DNA of 62,188 bases, the filler included, from Sphacelaria rigidula (lineage: Eukaryota): NCBI GenBank assembly GCA_964200075.2. It is 9 parts of 9 records of this genome, joined end to end, with 100 filler letters (N's around TTAATTAATTAA, not from the genome) between each part and the next. Parts side by side here need not be neighbours in the genome. Positions count along the whole stretch, not along the records: positions 6,922 to 13,742 come from CAXNAA020017914.1; positions 13,843 to 20,663 come from CAXNAA020017915.1; positions 20,764 to 27,584 come from CAXNAA020017916.1; 6 more parts are not named here. One strand, written 5' to 3'. The notes beneath the pieces were generated by a model that was not told the origin of the DNA, ran no database searches, and saw nothing but the letters and a program-made list of their open reading frames with translations. The position numbers and the translations under genes are program-made. Position 1 is the stretch's first letter; every line of letters begins with the position of its first letter. This document shows, piece after piece, positions 11,866-23,373 of the stretch.

Positions 11866-12626
11866 ACTTTTGAAAATTCGAATACGGAAAGTGTCTGGTC
11901 CACAGCTCCCAAGAAGGAAAATCAGTTGAAAGTAGACCGCTGATGTTGTGCTTCAAAATTAGAAATGGTATTTTTTTCGCGAAAACAAAGTACCTGCAGT
12001 GGGCCGAACCTTCCCCCCTGCACAAACTTTCACAGACCTGTGGCCCAAAATAGGGTGTACTCTGCGTTTGAGGAACCTGCACCATGGAAGGTGCACCTCC
12101 TCCCCGCTGTGTTTTCGTTCTCTGCCTGTCTCCGTCTCTCCCTCAGTCTGTGTGTCTCACCTTACAACCACAGACTCAGCGTACACACCGACACAGTGCA
12201 GCAGTGGCTTGGAAATATGTGCTGATTCCTCGTGTTTTTTTTATTTTGCGCCACCAACGAAGAGGTTTGAGAGCACGTGGAATTTGTCGGATGCCATGCG
12301 AGAAGAAGCACAACCTGGACGACCAGTCCTCTCTAGTTTGCACTTGCTCTTCGCGCCGCTGTGCTCAGGTTGGCCGATGCGGCACGTCCGCCACCACCCC
12401 GAACTCAGGAGTTGCCAGAGGTGAAAGTAGCGACCAAGAATAGGTTGGGCCAACGGATCTGCAAGTGCGGCGGACCTGAAAACGGTGACACGTTGACGGG
12501 AAAAGACATCGCTCAGCACACGGGCCGACTACAACAAAGGCAAGATTGGTGGTGTCCTTGCTTTGTTCGGTATGTTGACTTGGTTGCCACTCAATATACT
12601 TTGTATTCTGTTTGTGCAGGGGGTCT

Positions 12627-13621
12627 TCAAGTCGCGTAAGCATATGCACAAAATGTTGCGTATTGCTGCTCCAGAGTTGTTTCATCTGTCGGGTACGACG
12701 CTCGACTCTGACCTGATGCCGCGATACACCGTGCCATTGTAGCCGCTGATTCCACTGTCTCCCCTTCCGTCACATGCAATATTAGGTCGCTGGTTCCAGG
12801 AACGGGGCATTTGGGGATGAGACGGGGTTGTGACTCCGGCCGGGGTAACAGGTGCGGAGAAACTCTGGTGCATGCTATGCCTTTTCCGAGTTCCGCGATC
12901 GAAAATGAGGATGCACGTCGACGGGCACATTTTGAAGGACGAGGTGCGTCAGTTCTGATGATTCGGCCGGGAGGCGTCCTGAGCGTACTTCGTACCATCG
13001 AAGGAGAGGAGTCGGAATCAACATTGATTGTCGCGTCGTTCGCCTTGCCCGAACCGCTTAACTGCCCGTTTCTGTCGCATTTCCAAGGTACAGGTCGTAG
13101 TTCAAGTAGGTCAGAAGTTTGGCCATGGTGTTTGTTGAATGTGAGAGTGTCCATACATGCTGCATGCAATTTATCCGCCCTGTATCCTCTCTCTTCTCCC
13201 ATCGCAGACCCTACAGGCGAGCACTCCATTATGCGGCGTCTGCGCCGGATGCCGGACCACAATCAACGATCCACCCGGCAAGGCTGCGCCGCTCATGCAC
13301 TCGACCTGTCCATATGCTCCTCGTAGGGACCCACGTCATGAGGCTGTTGCCCCTTCTCTGAAACGTGCGAGGGCGATATCGGATACCTAACCGTGCACCA
13401 ACATAGTCGTGAAGTGCATTCTCTGCTCTCAGAATACGTACATATGGATATATGGGATGGCCGATCACATCGCTAGATGCCACAACGGAGATACACTCGT
13501 TGTGGATGGCACGGAATGAGGCAAGAAGTTCGATCAGGCCACTACTATAGCGGAGAGCGAGAAGGCCAAGGTACTGAACCAGTTCCGAGGCGGGAAGCCT
13601 CACGTCCCTCATGACGACCAC
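12627..13621 (-). pseudogene. Two overlapping intronless ORFs (130 and 211 aa), possibly a frameshifted transposon- or virus-derived coding remnant
   Basis: About 1 kb of near-continuous minus-strand open frame in an otherwise short-exon genome; no motif recognised. Confidence 0.25.
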
Positions 13622-13936
13622 GTTTTCCCCTCGGACACACGTTGGAGCGTGCCGGGAAACGGCTCCACGGGACTCGGTGTGCCGGGCGCCCGGCCCTCAG
13701 GGATGAAGAGAGGAGGAGGAGGAGAAGAAGGGGGGGAGATCGNNNNNNNNNNNNNNNNNNNNNNNNNNNNNNNNNNNNNNNNNNNNTTAATTAATTAANN
13801 NNNNNNNNNNNNNNNNNNNNNNNNNNNNNNNNNNNNNNNNNNCTTCCGATTTAGCGGTTGGGGGGGGGGTTGGTGGGTTTTTCGAAGTTTTTCCTGGGGT
13901 TTACGGGAAGCTTCTTTCCCCCCCCCCCCCCCCCCG

Positions 13937-14086
13937 CCCCTCCGTCTTGAAAGGGATGCGTGGTCAATGATCAAACGACTAAGGCAACCAACAAATGAGT
14001 ATACCCCCCCCCCTCCGTCTCGAAAGGGATGCGTGGTCAATGGTCAAACGACTAAGGCAACCAACAAATGAGTACGCTCCCCCCCC
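13937..14086 (+). mobile_element. Two tandem 73-bp copies of the poly(C)-flanked repeat
   Basis: TCCGTCTYGAAAGGGATGCGTGGTCAATGRTCAAACGACTAAGGCAACCAACAAATGAGTA followed by a C-run, twice. Confidence 0.8.
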
Positions 14087-14529
14087 TGCCCCCCGGAGGA
14101 GCAGGACAAGTACGAGTTGACACGCATATAAGTAGCGTGTGTAAAACTGCAGCTAGGAGGTTATACCCGAACCCGTGTAGCCCAAGCGGGAGCTCGCGGG
14201 GTTGAGACTTGAGGACAGGGAGCCGACCTCGGTTGCCTTTTACTTTCTGAATAGCTAGGCAAGGAAGTAAACCCAACCCACCCACTCCAGTACGTATTAG
14301 CCCAGGTTGAAGCTACAATCTTCCGTTGCATTGGTCACAAGGAAAACTCGAAAGCAACTCTTTTCAGCTACTACCCGCCCTACTGGCGGCTGTCTACGTC
14401 TACAGTACGTGGTCATCCTCCTGTATCTGGCAGCACTGTCGAATACCAAGCCATCGGAACGATTGGCCTTGGGCGTGCATAGTATTGAAAATCCGTGCAT
14501 ACCTTGAACACTGCTTGCGACGATCGCAG

Positions 14530-17500
14530 GACGTCCAAGAGCCTTTGATGCAAGCGAGTGACGGCATGGTCGACAACAACAACAGCGCTAACACTTCAAA
14601 TGCGCCCGGCGGCACCCAATCCACGGAGTCCGGGGCCAACCCCTCCGCGGGACCCAACACAGCAGCGCTGCCGAATCCGTGGGCGCCCGCAGGGTAAGCA
14701 GACAGGAGAAGATACACCTCTCTTATGTATGATATATATGTATAACTCTCACTTCTAACCCATCTCTCCCCCGGTACATGCACTACATTTTGGGATGGTG
14801 GATTGGATCAGCACTACTCCTGCACCGATTCGACTGACGTCTACGAAATCAGCGAAATGGGCAATTTTTGCTATTCCACGTCCTAACGCTTTTCCAGCGA
14901 TCGGAATTCAGATACTCCTTATGAGAAGAAAAAAAAATCAAACTAGACGCATGTAGTGGAAATCGAATCCGTGTTTTCCCTGCACTAATAGTGTCGGTTG
15001 CACGGTCTTTGTTTGAAGCACTGAGGCCCGCCGGCGTATCCATGCGTAGATACGTATTGCTGGCAACCTGCTGCTTCTGCTAGTGAACAAACTGGCCCAT
15101 AATAATAAATGGATTGCTGCGTGGAGTGTGAAAATTCTGAAAAATTGAACACGTGTCACTCATCCATTTTGCGAATTTGTCACCTACGTTGTTTTCAAAA
15201 CCGCTGTGGCCAAGAGCCACGATTTATTTGCTTCCAGTCCTGCACGAACCATCCGGTCAACCCTTCAAGGGTTGGACAAGAAATGATTCGTCGGGAAATT
15301 ACTTGGTTTCAGTATAATTGATTCGACTCGTACGAATCAATCCCTAGGCTTTGTTTTCAGCGATGAAACCCAGGTACACGCGGCCCAGACAGGTGGAATG
15401 GGGCAAAAGTTGCGTGGATACCCCTTGGATCAGCGGCCAACGTTTTTTTCCCTTCCGGGCAATCAGGCCGAAGAAATCGTGGATTCGGTGATTTGTAGTC
15501 GTGATGGTTCGTCCTAACCGTGCAACCTTTTCGGCTGGCCTGTAAAGTTATGCAGAACTCCCTCCGTTGCATCGCTTTCTGCCATCTCCCGGATCTTGGT
15601 ACTATTTCCCCGACCAGGGCACCCGCGGCGGCACCCGCAGCTAATCCCGCTACCCTCGGCATGGCGGGTCTAGGAGGAGCTAACGCAAGCAACCCATGGG
15701 CGGGGTTGGGCGGTGCGGGTGCTGGTGCTGGAGCGGGTACGGGTGCCGGTGCCGGTTTCCCTGGGATGGGTGGCATGCCTGGCATGCCTGGTATGCCTGG
15801 GTTTGGGGGCATGGGTGGACAAATGAACCCCGCGATGATGTCGGAGATGATGAACAACCCCATGGTTCAGCAGGTGAGAGAGGGCTTTGTCGTCTCATTA
15901 CGGGTGTTGACGTTGTTGATGTTGTTGTTGCTGACCTGATGCGTTGTTGATGTTTTTTTTTTTTTCTCAGTCGTCACAATCTATAACCCGTCACCTCCCT
16001 TGGGACAACAGGGAATCATATACTCTTGAGAAAAAAACAGAACTAGAAGACGCCTCTAGCGGGAACTGAAGCCGCGTTTTTTCTGACCTAATGATGTCAC
16101 TTGTAGCATTAGTCATTGGACGGACAGGTAACCGCGGTGCGGCGGCGAGTGCTGCTGACGCATAAAATGGTGATGTGCATGTGTTTTGTCCCATTTCCGT
16201 CTTGAATGTGGAAACATTTGTTGTACCTCGTCAGAGGAACATATTTGTGATTTTTTGGCTTTTTTTGTTCGTTCACCTTTTCGCTGTCCGCTTAATGCGC
16301 CTGCTGTGCTTCTTTTGCATGGAGCAGATGGTCAGCCAAATGGCCGACAATCCAGCGCTTATGGAGTCTATGATAGCGCAAAACCCTGCCCTACAGCAGG
16401 CGATACAGGTGCGTGTATTTGTGTGTATTTGCTGCCTCTGTCGAAGCTTGGAATAGTTGTAGTGGAGAAGATGCAATCGTTGTTCAGGCTACGTGAACAG
16501 CAGCGATTTCTGTTATCGTAGACCGCGTGCTTGCTACATATGCGGCAGTACACATGCACAACTGTCAGGTTCGCGGGCTCGCGTTGATAATTGCGGAGTA
16601 GCTGAAGCGGTCCAACGTCGTATCCACACTAGTGGTGTTTCGTTGTCGTGTCTCTCCCTTCACAGTGATCACGAGTACCTGACAGCAGGCTAATGTGTTC
16701 CTTGCGAGGGTTTGTTGAATAGGGTAAATACCCGGGTATGTACTCTGCTGAATTTTGTGTTCCGATTGTCCGATCTCCATAATCTACCCAAAATTTGGGT
16801 AAAAGGAGGTACGATCGCAATACTCCACCCGATTTCTGGGTATTGTCGAGTACGATCTCAATACTCTAGCCAAGTTTTGTGTACTTGAAATACGTTTTTT
16901 AAGTATACTTGAGTGTAGGAGATACCCTACTCAAACACATCCTTGGTTCGCTGTATTCTTGCCTTGTTGGGTTGTGTGCAGGCGAACCCCGCGATGCGCC
17001 AACAGCTGCCTCAAATGATGCGTCAGATGGCTGACCCACAGAACATGCAGGCCATTGCCCAGATGCAGTCGGCCATGCAGCAGCTACAGCGAGCGGGAAT
17101 CATTCCACCAGGAGGTATGCCTGGAATGCCAGGGACCGGCGGTACTGCTGGAGGCGCGTCAGACGGAACTGGTGGCGGATTGGGACCCGGATTGGCCGGA
17201 TTGGCGAACTTCGGCAACCTTAACCTTGGAGGGGGTGAGTTTGTCGTCCGGCGGGCTGTCCATTAATGTGTGTAATCGAGACGAGAGCGACATATGTGAC
17301 CGTGTGTTGGGGCTTGCCGGGGCGGTTGTTTGTATTGGGTTGTATTTTCCCTCCGCATGCCGTGTGAGGGGTCTGCAGATGTAATGTAATGAAGAACATT
17401 GCGCGGCGAACAATGAAGCCGTTTATTCGCTACATTTCGCTCCCGAGCTGGGCTTGGTTGGACACCTGCACTGGAACAAACACTGCACGGCAATTCCATG

Positions 17501-18058
17501 GAATGTTTCGACCCATCGGCTCGCCCTTCACAACGTTGAGCACCTCACGAATAGCTGAACATTTAAGAAACTACAGACGCCCTTCCCTTGAACCCGCCGT
17601 GCCTATTTATCTGAAAGCCTGTGCGTTTTCTTCTCTATGCTTGGCAATCCCAACCATGCTTCCTGGCTTTTGACTCCCCCCCCCCCCCCCCCCCTCCTCC
17701 TCCCGTCCTCCGGCCCCGCCCCCCGATCACAGCACCTTCAGGAAACCAATCAGCGGCAGCCAGAGGCCTGGACTTCTCTGCGTTGTTGGGTGGATCACCG
17801 CCGAGCAACCCGTGGGCGCCAGCACCTCCTTCGACCGGAACCCCCACGCCGTCAACAAGCGGTACCCCAAACCCTGCGCCGACACAAACGCCTGTCGCCC
17901 CAGTAGCCGTAGCAAATCCCGAAGAAACGTACGCGGCACAACTCACCCAAATGAATGATATGGGCTTTACAGACCGAGCGGCGTGCGTACGCGCGCTCGT
18001 GGCGTCTCAGGGTAACGTTAACGCTGCCGTGGAGCGCATGCTTGGCGGGGGTGTTTGA
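14530..18058 (+). CDS. UBQLN: Ubiquilin/Dsk2 (STI1 repeats + C-terminal UBA), 5'-partial; exons 14530-14693, 15618-15873, 16328-16408, 16982-17234, 17733-18058
   Basis: All introns are GT-AG with consistent phases (2,0,0,1). LPNPW motifs, STI1-like M/Q/NP repeats ([25 protein letters not shown]), and UBA sequence [38 protein letters not shown] followed by TGA. Confidence 0.95.
15266..15522. mobile_element. hAT-type MITE (257 bp) in a ubiquilin intron
   Basis: Ends CAAGGGTTGGAC...GTCCTAACCGTG; 8-bp TSD CAACCCTT/CAACCTTT; second copy at 19837-20092. Confidence 0.85.
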
Positions 18059-19748
18059 ATTATATTAATTAACCTCGTGATCTGTGAGCGTTTGTATTTT
18101 CTCGGGGGGCGGGGGGGTGGGGGGGAAGGGGTTGCACGAGGGAGCCGGGCATCTTGTCGTATCATAGTGCGCTGTGTTTTTTTAACTCTGTTTAGTGTAG
18201 TGCTCGACCGTTTTTCTCGTGTCGGTTGTTGCCCAGTCCTTTTGTTCGTATGCCTCTGGTCTGGGGGAGTAACGATTGGGCACACGTGAGGCTGTGTCCA
18301 AAGGAAGTGGCGGGAAAGATGCCGGGAGCAGTCAGAGCAATAATTGCGTCGACGTTTTCAGCAGCTGTTTATCGTCGCTAATGGCGGAAGAAGGAACGGA
18401 GAAACGCCAACTGGTGGTGTGTGTGTGTGTTTTTTTTTCTTGTTCTTGAGCCGGGATTTGCCGATCATCGCGGCCACAGACGAACATGTGTGTTGCGGAG
18501 GAGTTTTTTTTGTGCATTTTTGTTATTTTGTAGCACCTGGCTAACAGGCCCATCGCCGGGCGGTCCCCGTTTTCAAGCCATCGAAGAGACGAAATCCTCG
18601 AATGCTGTTCCCCTCGTCTTGCGCCCACCTACCCACGCGTGCGCCTTGTGTTCACTGGGGTAGTTTGATTATCTTGATATTCGTGGCGCGCCCCCCCCAG
18701 GTGTATGCTCTTGTTAGTGTTGAGCGTCGCTCACCTTGTCTATACAGTTGACGTGTTTGTTCGGGTGAGGAGGGTGAGGGAACGTGGGTTAGATACAGCG
18801 AGATATTCGGAATGCGCCCACTTTCGGAATACGTGAACCAGATATCGCCAATGAGATGGTGATATGATGATGAATACCTTGATATATCATGGGAGTAACG
18901 CTTGTCGTGTATGGAAGTTGAACTCTTCCAGTACGTGGGAGATGAAAATGTACTCTAAGTGTCTGCGATATAAACGTATTTTGGGGGTTCGCCGTGCTAG
19001 ACCTCTCAGTTTGAAAGGGAAAGCGCTAGTTGGAGACGGCATTACGATATTTGCCTCTTTCTTCCTTCCCCCCCCCCCAGTTCACCGTCGGGGTATTTGT
19101 ACGATGTGCACGCCGGGTTCGTGTTCCTTTTAGCTTGTGTATCGTGTGTTGGGTGTTGCTCGTGAAATGAGAATGGGTAAGGGAGGATTATATTTCAGAC
19201 GGATGAGGGGATTTATTGAAACGCCTTTGTTTGCGGAATCGAATCTGGGCACCTTTTCTCTTTCCCAGATGGATGAACTTGATGATCATGATGAAGCGCA
19301 AAAGAGGGCTAACGGTAAGTCATTATCATGGGATGTGCTGTTGATTGTAAAATGACCGTGGGACCGTGGCATACTTACATCCATCGAAGGGTTCCAGAAG
19401 CATTGGCGGCATGTATCGATGCGTTGCACTGAACTGGGTCGATCAAAAATATTCGGCTGACTATACCATAGTAATGCATGCCGCTGCGCCCCGGTTTCCA
19501 ATTGCTGGACCAACATGGACAGGATTAGGCCGTGTCTTACCGAGTCCAAAAGCAGCATGTTGACTGCACACCACCCAGGCGCGGCAGCTATATCATCCAG
19601 TATAGCGGCAGAGCATGGATGACCAGACGGATTAGTGTGCACGTTCACACCTATATGCCTTAATCGGGCCGATTCGGAAAACTCGAGCAAGTTGCTGTAT
19701 GATGTGTCTGTGTACTGCATACGGTTGGCCCACCTCATACACGCCCAT

Positions 19749-20153
19749 AACACGGGATTTCAATAATTGGGGATGGATTTTCATTTAGGGATGGGAACCC
19801 GGAGAATCAAAATCTTCGTATACTCACCAAATCTTCCAAGGGTCGGACAAATAAAAATTCGTCTTGAAATTACTTGGTTTCAGTATCGTGAGTCGACTCG
19901 TGACGAATCAATCCATAGGCTTTATTTCAGCGTTGCAACCCAGGTACATGCAGCCCAGACACGTGGAATGACGCAAAAGTTGCACGGATACCCCTTGGAC
20001 CAGGGACTAACTTTTTCCTCCCTTTTGGGCAATCAGGCGCAAGAAATCGTGAATTTGGTGATTTTGAGTCGTGATGACTTGTCTTAATCGTTAAATCTTC
20101 GAAATATGGTTCCATTTCTTAACTTGCTGGTAGCTTTTGACAACTACTACACG
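19749..20153 (+). mobile_element. Degenerate left part of the AACAGCCG MITE family, interrupted by a hAT MITE
   Basis: Matches 45863-46010 (GGATGAGAACCCG...AAAATCTTCGTAT...CACCAAATCTTCGAAATATGGTTCCATTTC) once 19837-20100 is removed. Confidence 0.75.
19837..20092. mobile_element. hAT-type MITE (256 bp), perfect 8-bp TSD AAATCTTC
   Basis: Collinear with 15266-15522; TSD at 19829-19836 and 20093-20100; the empty site is visible in the host family copy at ~45941-45960. Confidence 0.9.
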
Positions 20154-20325
20154 CTAGGCCTTAGCTCCGTAAGCTCGTTTTTTCTTTTGATCAAGCTCCA
20201 TGTTTTTCTAATAGGCTTTCCCTCCTTGTTTTACGCCCCATTTTAAGATTTTTCTTTACATATACCGTACAATCTGCAACGGGCCCCATGGCACAACGAA
20301 GTACTACTACTGTTGAGTGACGCTA

Positions 20326-20561
20326 CGGTAGGGGTGCACAAATATTTTCTGACGTTGGAATTATTAGGAGCCCTCCATCTCATGCAAAAACACGACCTAT
20401 GGAAAAATATGAAAGTACGCCACGATTACAACTGCAATGTGCTGGGGATATCCCGAATGAATTTGCAAACGGGGTTGCCCTGACCCATATTTTTGTGCAT
20501 GTAGAATCAATTAGAGCCCCCGAACTAGACATAATTTCGCGAAAAAAGTGCACCCCTACCG
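20326..20561. mobile_element. TA-flanked MITE (Tc1/mariner-like)
   Basis: TIR CGGTAGGGGTGCAC...GTGCACCCCTACCG with TA on both sides; related ends at ~45176-45192 and ~45605-45619. Confidence 0.75.
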
Positions 20562-20763
20562 TAGCATTGCTCTGTTGTAAGAAATCTTGATCATATTCAT
20601 CAGTGTTTTCGCGAGATTGAGAGTAGATGATACGATTGAGAGTGGCTTTGATCATTCGCTTTANNNNNNNNNNNNNNNNNNNNNNNNNNNNNNNNNNNNN
20701 NNNNNNNTTAATTAATTAANNNNNNNNNNNNNNNNNNNNNNNNNNNNNNNNNNNNNNNNNNNN

Positions 20764-20838
20764 CGTCCCGGCTTTGTAGGGATGCGAAGTCAATGGTCTG
20801 ATGACTGTGGCATGCATGATCATGAGTACACCCCCCCC
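20764..20838 (+). mobile_element. Second subfamily of the poly(C)-tailed repeat; another copy at 48285-48347 (-)
   Basis: AGGGATGCGAAGTCAATGGTCTGATGACTGTGGCATGCATGATCATGAGTACA followed by C8. Confidence 0.65.
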
Positions 20839-21193
20839 AGCCGCGGGAGGGGGGTTTGGTATTGATTGGCAATAACGCTGTGCATAACAAGCTAGGCAAC
20901 CAGGTTACCGATTTCTTTGGCGCGCTTGCGTTTTTTGTTTCTTGCGGTAACCATGATGGCGTGATGGTGGTCGAGCTAGATCATATTGTGCGGGGTGGGA
21001 AAACCTCGATTCCGCTCAAAGGGTATATCAATCTACGAGTGTTCTAATCCGGCGTTCTTTGTTATAAGTAATACTCTTTTTTTGTCCTCCTTTGCTTCGT
21101 TCCCCTTGCATTCTGCGTTTCTGATTTCATTCCACTTCGTGCTGCTGCGATGGCTTGTGTTCTCTACTTTTTTTTGTCGCCTCTGGTCGTCAG

Positions 21194-21339
21194 TGTTTCG
21201 AGGGTATGAAGGCCTACAAGGACGCCGCGGGCAACGTTCGCCTGTTCCGGCCGGATCTCAACATTCAGCGTCTCAACAAATCGCTGGCCAGGCTACATTT
21301 TCCTACTGTCGATGAGGCGGCCCTCACTTCACTACTCAG
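21194..21339 (+). CDS. BCAT: Internal exon of a branched-chain amino-acid aminotransferase (class IV PLP enzyme)
   Basis: CAG/GTGAGA boundaries after a long pyrimidine tract; [37 protein letters not shown] is the canonical FEGxKA...LFRP..N..R...S..R BCAT/IlvE motif. Confidence 0.93.
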
Positions 21340-22078
21340 GTGAGACACAACACTCCAAAGTAGATATTGTAGATACCTGCTTACAGTGCGGTGCGTCGAA
21401 AAACAAGAAAGAGAAGAAGATCATATCTCCCGCCAAGCGAGGAAAGAACGAAGGATAATGACCGATCGTACTGCGAATTATAGCATGTCGCTGATCGATA
21501 CCCCGCACCCACCCACCAACCCCCTCCCCGTCCTTACTTTACCCTTTTTTGTCGTCATTTAACGACATGAAGAATCGTGCAAAGCATTTAGCGTTGCATG
21601 AAGTTGTTTGCCAGGCTGGGTGTCTTCGTGGTAGATGAGGTGACCCTCCTGACTGAATGCCTCAGGGGAAGGGAGACGAAGCGTGTCGAGAAAAAAGTAC
21701 AGTTGAAAACAACGCTCTTTTTCTCTCTATCGAAGGGGAAGAAAAGGAGCAGAAAACCGAAGGATGAAGGATCGTACCTACCGTACAGGACAATGCCTCT
21801 CGATTTCCCCTTAGAGGATAAGCGGTTCCCCCCCTACACACACACGCACACATGTGCACACGTTTCAAGTATTTTCAAGAAGTTTGTCGACATGACCTAT
21901 CCGAAGATGCACATGACTATATACCTCTATTGCATCTTACACTCCAAACCTGAAGTGCCTACATTTGTGTAACATGTTCGTGTGGTTCTACATGCTCATG
22001 ATGATGGAATCTTGCACAGCCCGAACCCTTGGTTAGACGCCAAACAGATGTACATTTTTGGGGGGTAGGGGAGGATTC

Positions 22079-23373
22079 CACACGTCGGGACGATCACCTC
22101 CCTGTAGCTCGAGCTAGCTTTTTTTTGGCGTAGCTCCTTCCTGAGCTGTGGGAGCTTTATGGGCTACCCACAGTTGACCTGGGTGAGCTGTGAAAGCTAC
22201 GTGACCTACGCATGTTTACCCTATGTGAGCTGCCAACCTGTACCTCATCGGCTCATATTCGCCCTGGGTGAGCTATGAGAGCTACACGAGCCACGAGTAC
22301 GCATGTTGCCCTGGATGAGCTGTGAGAGCTACATGAGCTACGCATGTTTGCCCTGGATGAGCTAGGAGAGCTTACTGTTATACGTGTGCTATGCACAGTT
22401 GCCCTGGATGAGCTACCGGACGTCAGCAACAGTAACGAAGTAGCAACTTTTGACATCGCAGGAGGCGACCCCCCTGCCGCCGCCATGGTATCACCCTTCG
22501 CTTTGTCATGTTGAGTGAAATTGAAAGGCTCGATGCGCGCAAGGCGTTGCCTTTGGCACGACTATGCACTATTGCCAATCTCGTGTGTATGTTCAGCTAG
22601 AAGACGGCGTGAATGATGCGTAGTCTACTCGTGCTCCACAGCAGCAATGCTGTACTGTCGAACCCTCACCACCATCAATGTGGGTGACACGGTGCAACAT
22701 CTTTGTCGTGCGCCTTGTCTCTTTTTTGTTTGGAAGTACCGTTGTGCCGTATGTATTGTACCGCTGTGCCGTACCAGAGTGTGGTGTACCGTGGTGTTCC
22801 GCATCGCACCATACTTGAATGTAATGCACTGTACTCTATACTGAAATGCACAGCACTTTCAAAATTGGTAGTTTTTCAGGCAAGCCTTACTAGCTAGGGT
22901 CTAGGGTGTCTACCGAAAACATCTGTGGGGAAAACGGGGTGGAAAAGAAAACTCCAATTCGTTACGTTGACGTCATTCTGTTCTTATCGTGGCTTCAATT
23001 ATTGTTTACAATTCTTCACGCGCGACTGGAGGGCAAAGATGGAAACGCTCCACACTTCGGACAGATCAGCTCCCTGTAGTTCGAGCGAACTCTTTTTCAG
23101 CGTAGCTTCATGCTGAGCTATGGGGACTATATGAGCTAGGCATGTTTGCCCTGGGTGAGCTACGAGAGCTACATGAGCTACGCATGTTTGCCCTGGATGT
23201 ACTATGAGAGCTGCGTGAGCTACACATGTTTGTTCAAGGGGAGCTACCAACCCGTAGCTCATTAGCGCACGTTCACCCGGGGCGAACTATTGGGCATAGC
23301 TTACATGTAGATTTTTTACTACGAGCGAGCTACAGCCCGCAGTTGAGCTAGCTCACAAGCTGTCGGATGTGTG
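22079..23373. mobile_element. Non-autonomous hAT-like element (1295 bp) with GAGCT-rich subrepeats and a second internal left end at 23051
   Basis: CACAC...GTGTG ends; perfect 8-bp TSD GAGGATTC (22071-22078, 23374-23381); arrays of GAGCTACGCATGTTTGCCCTGGRTGAGCT at ~22180-22415 and ~23130-23250. Confidence 0.8.

Noticed and set aside
22180..23260. CRISPR-like array (~30-36-bp repeats)
   Set aside because: Repeats are degenerate and abutting, have no unique spacers and no cas genes, and lie inside a TSD-flanked transposon.
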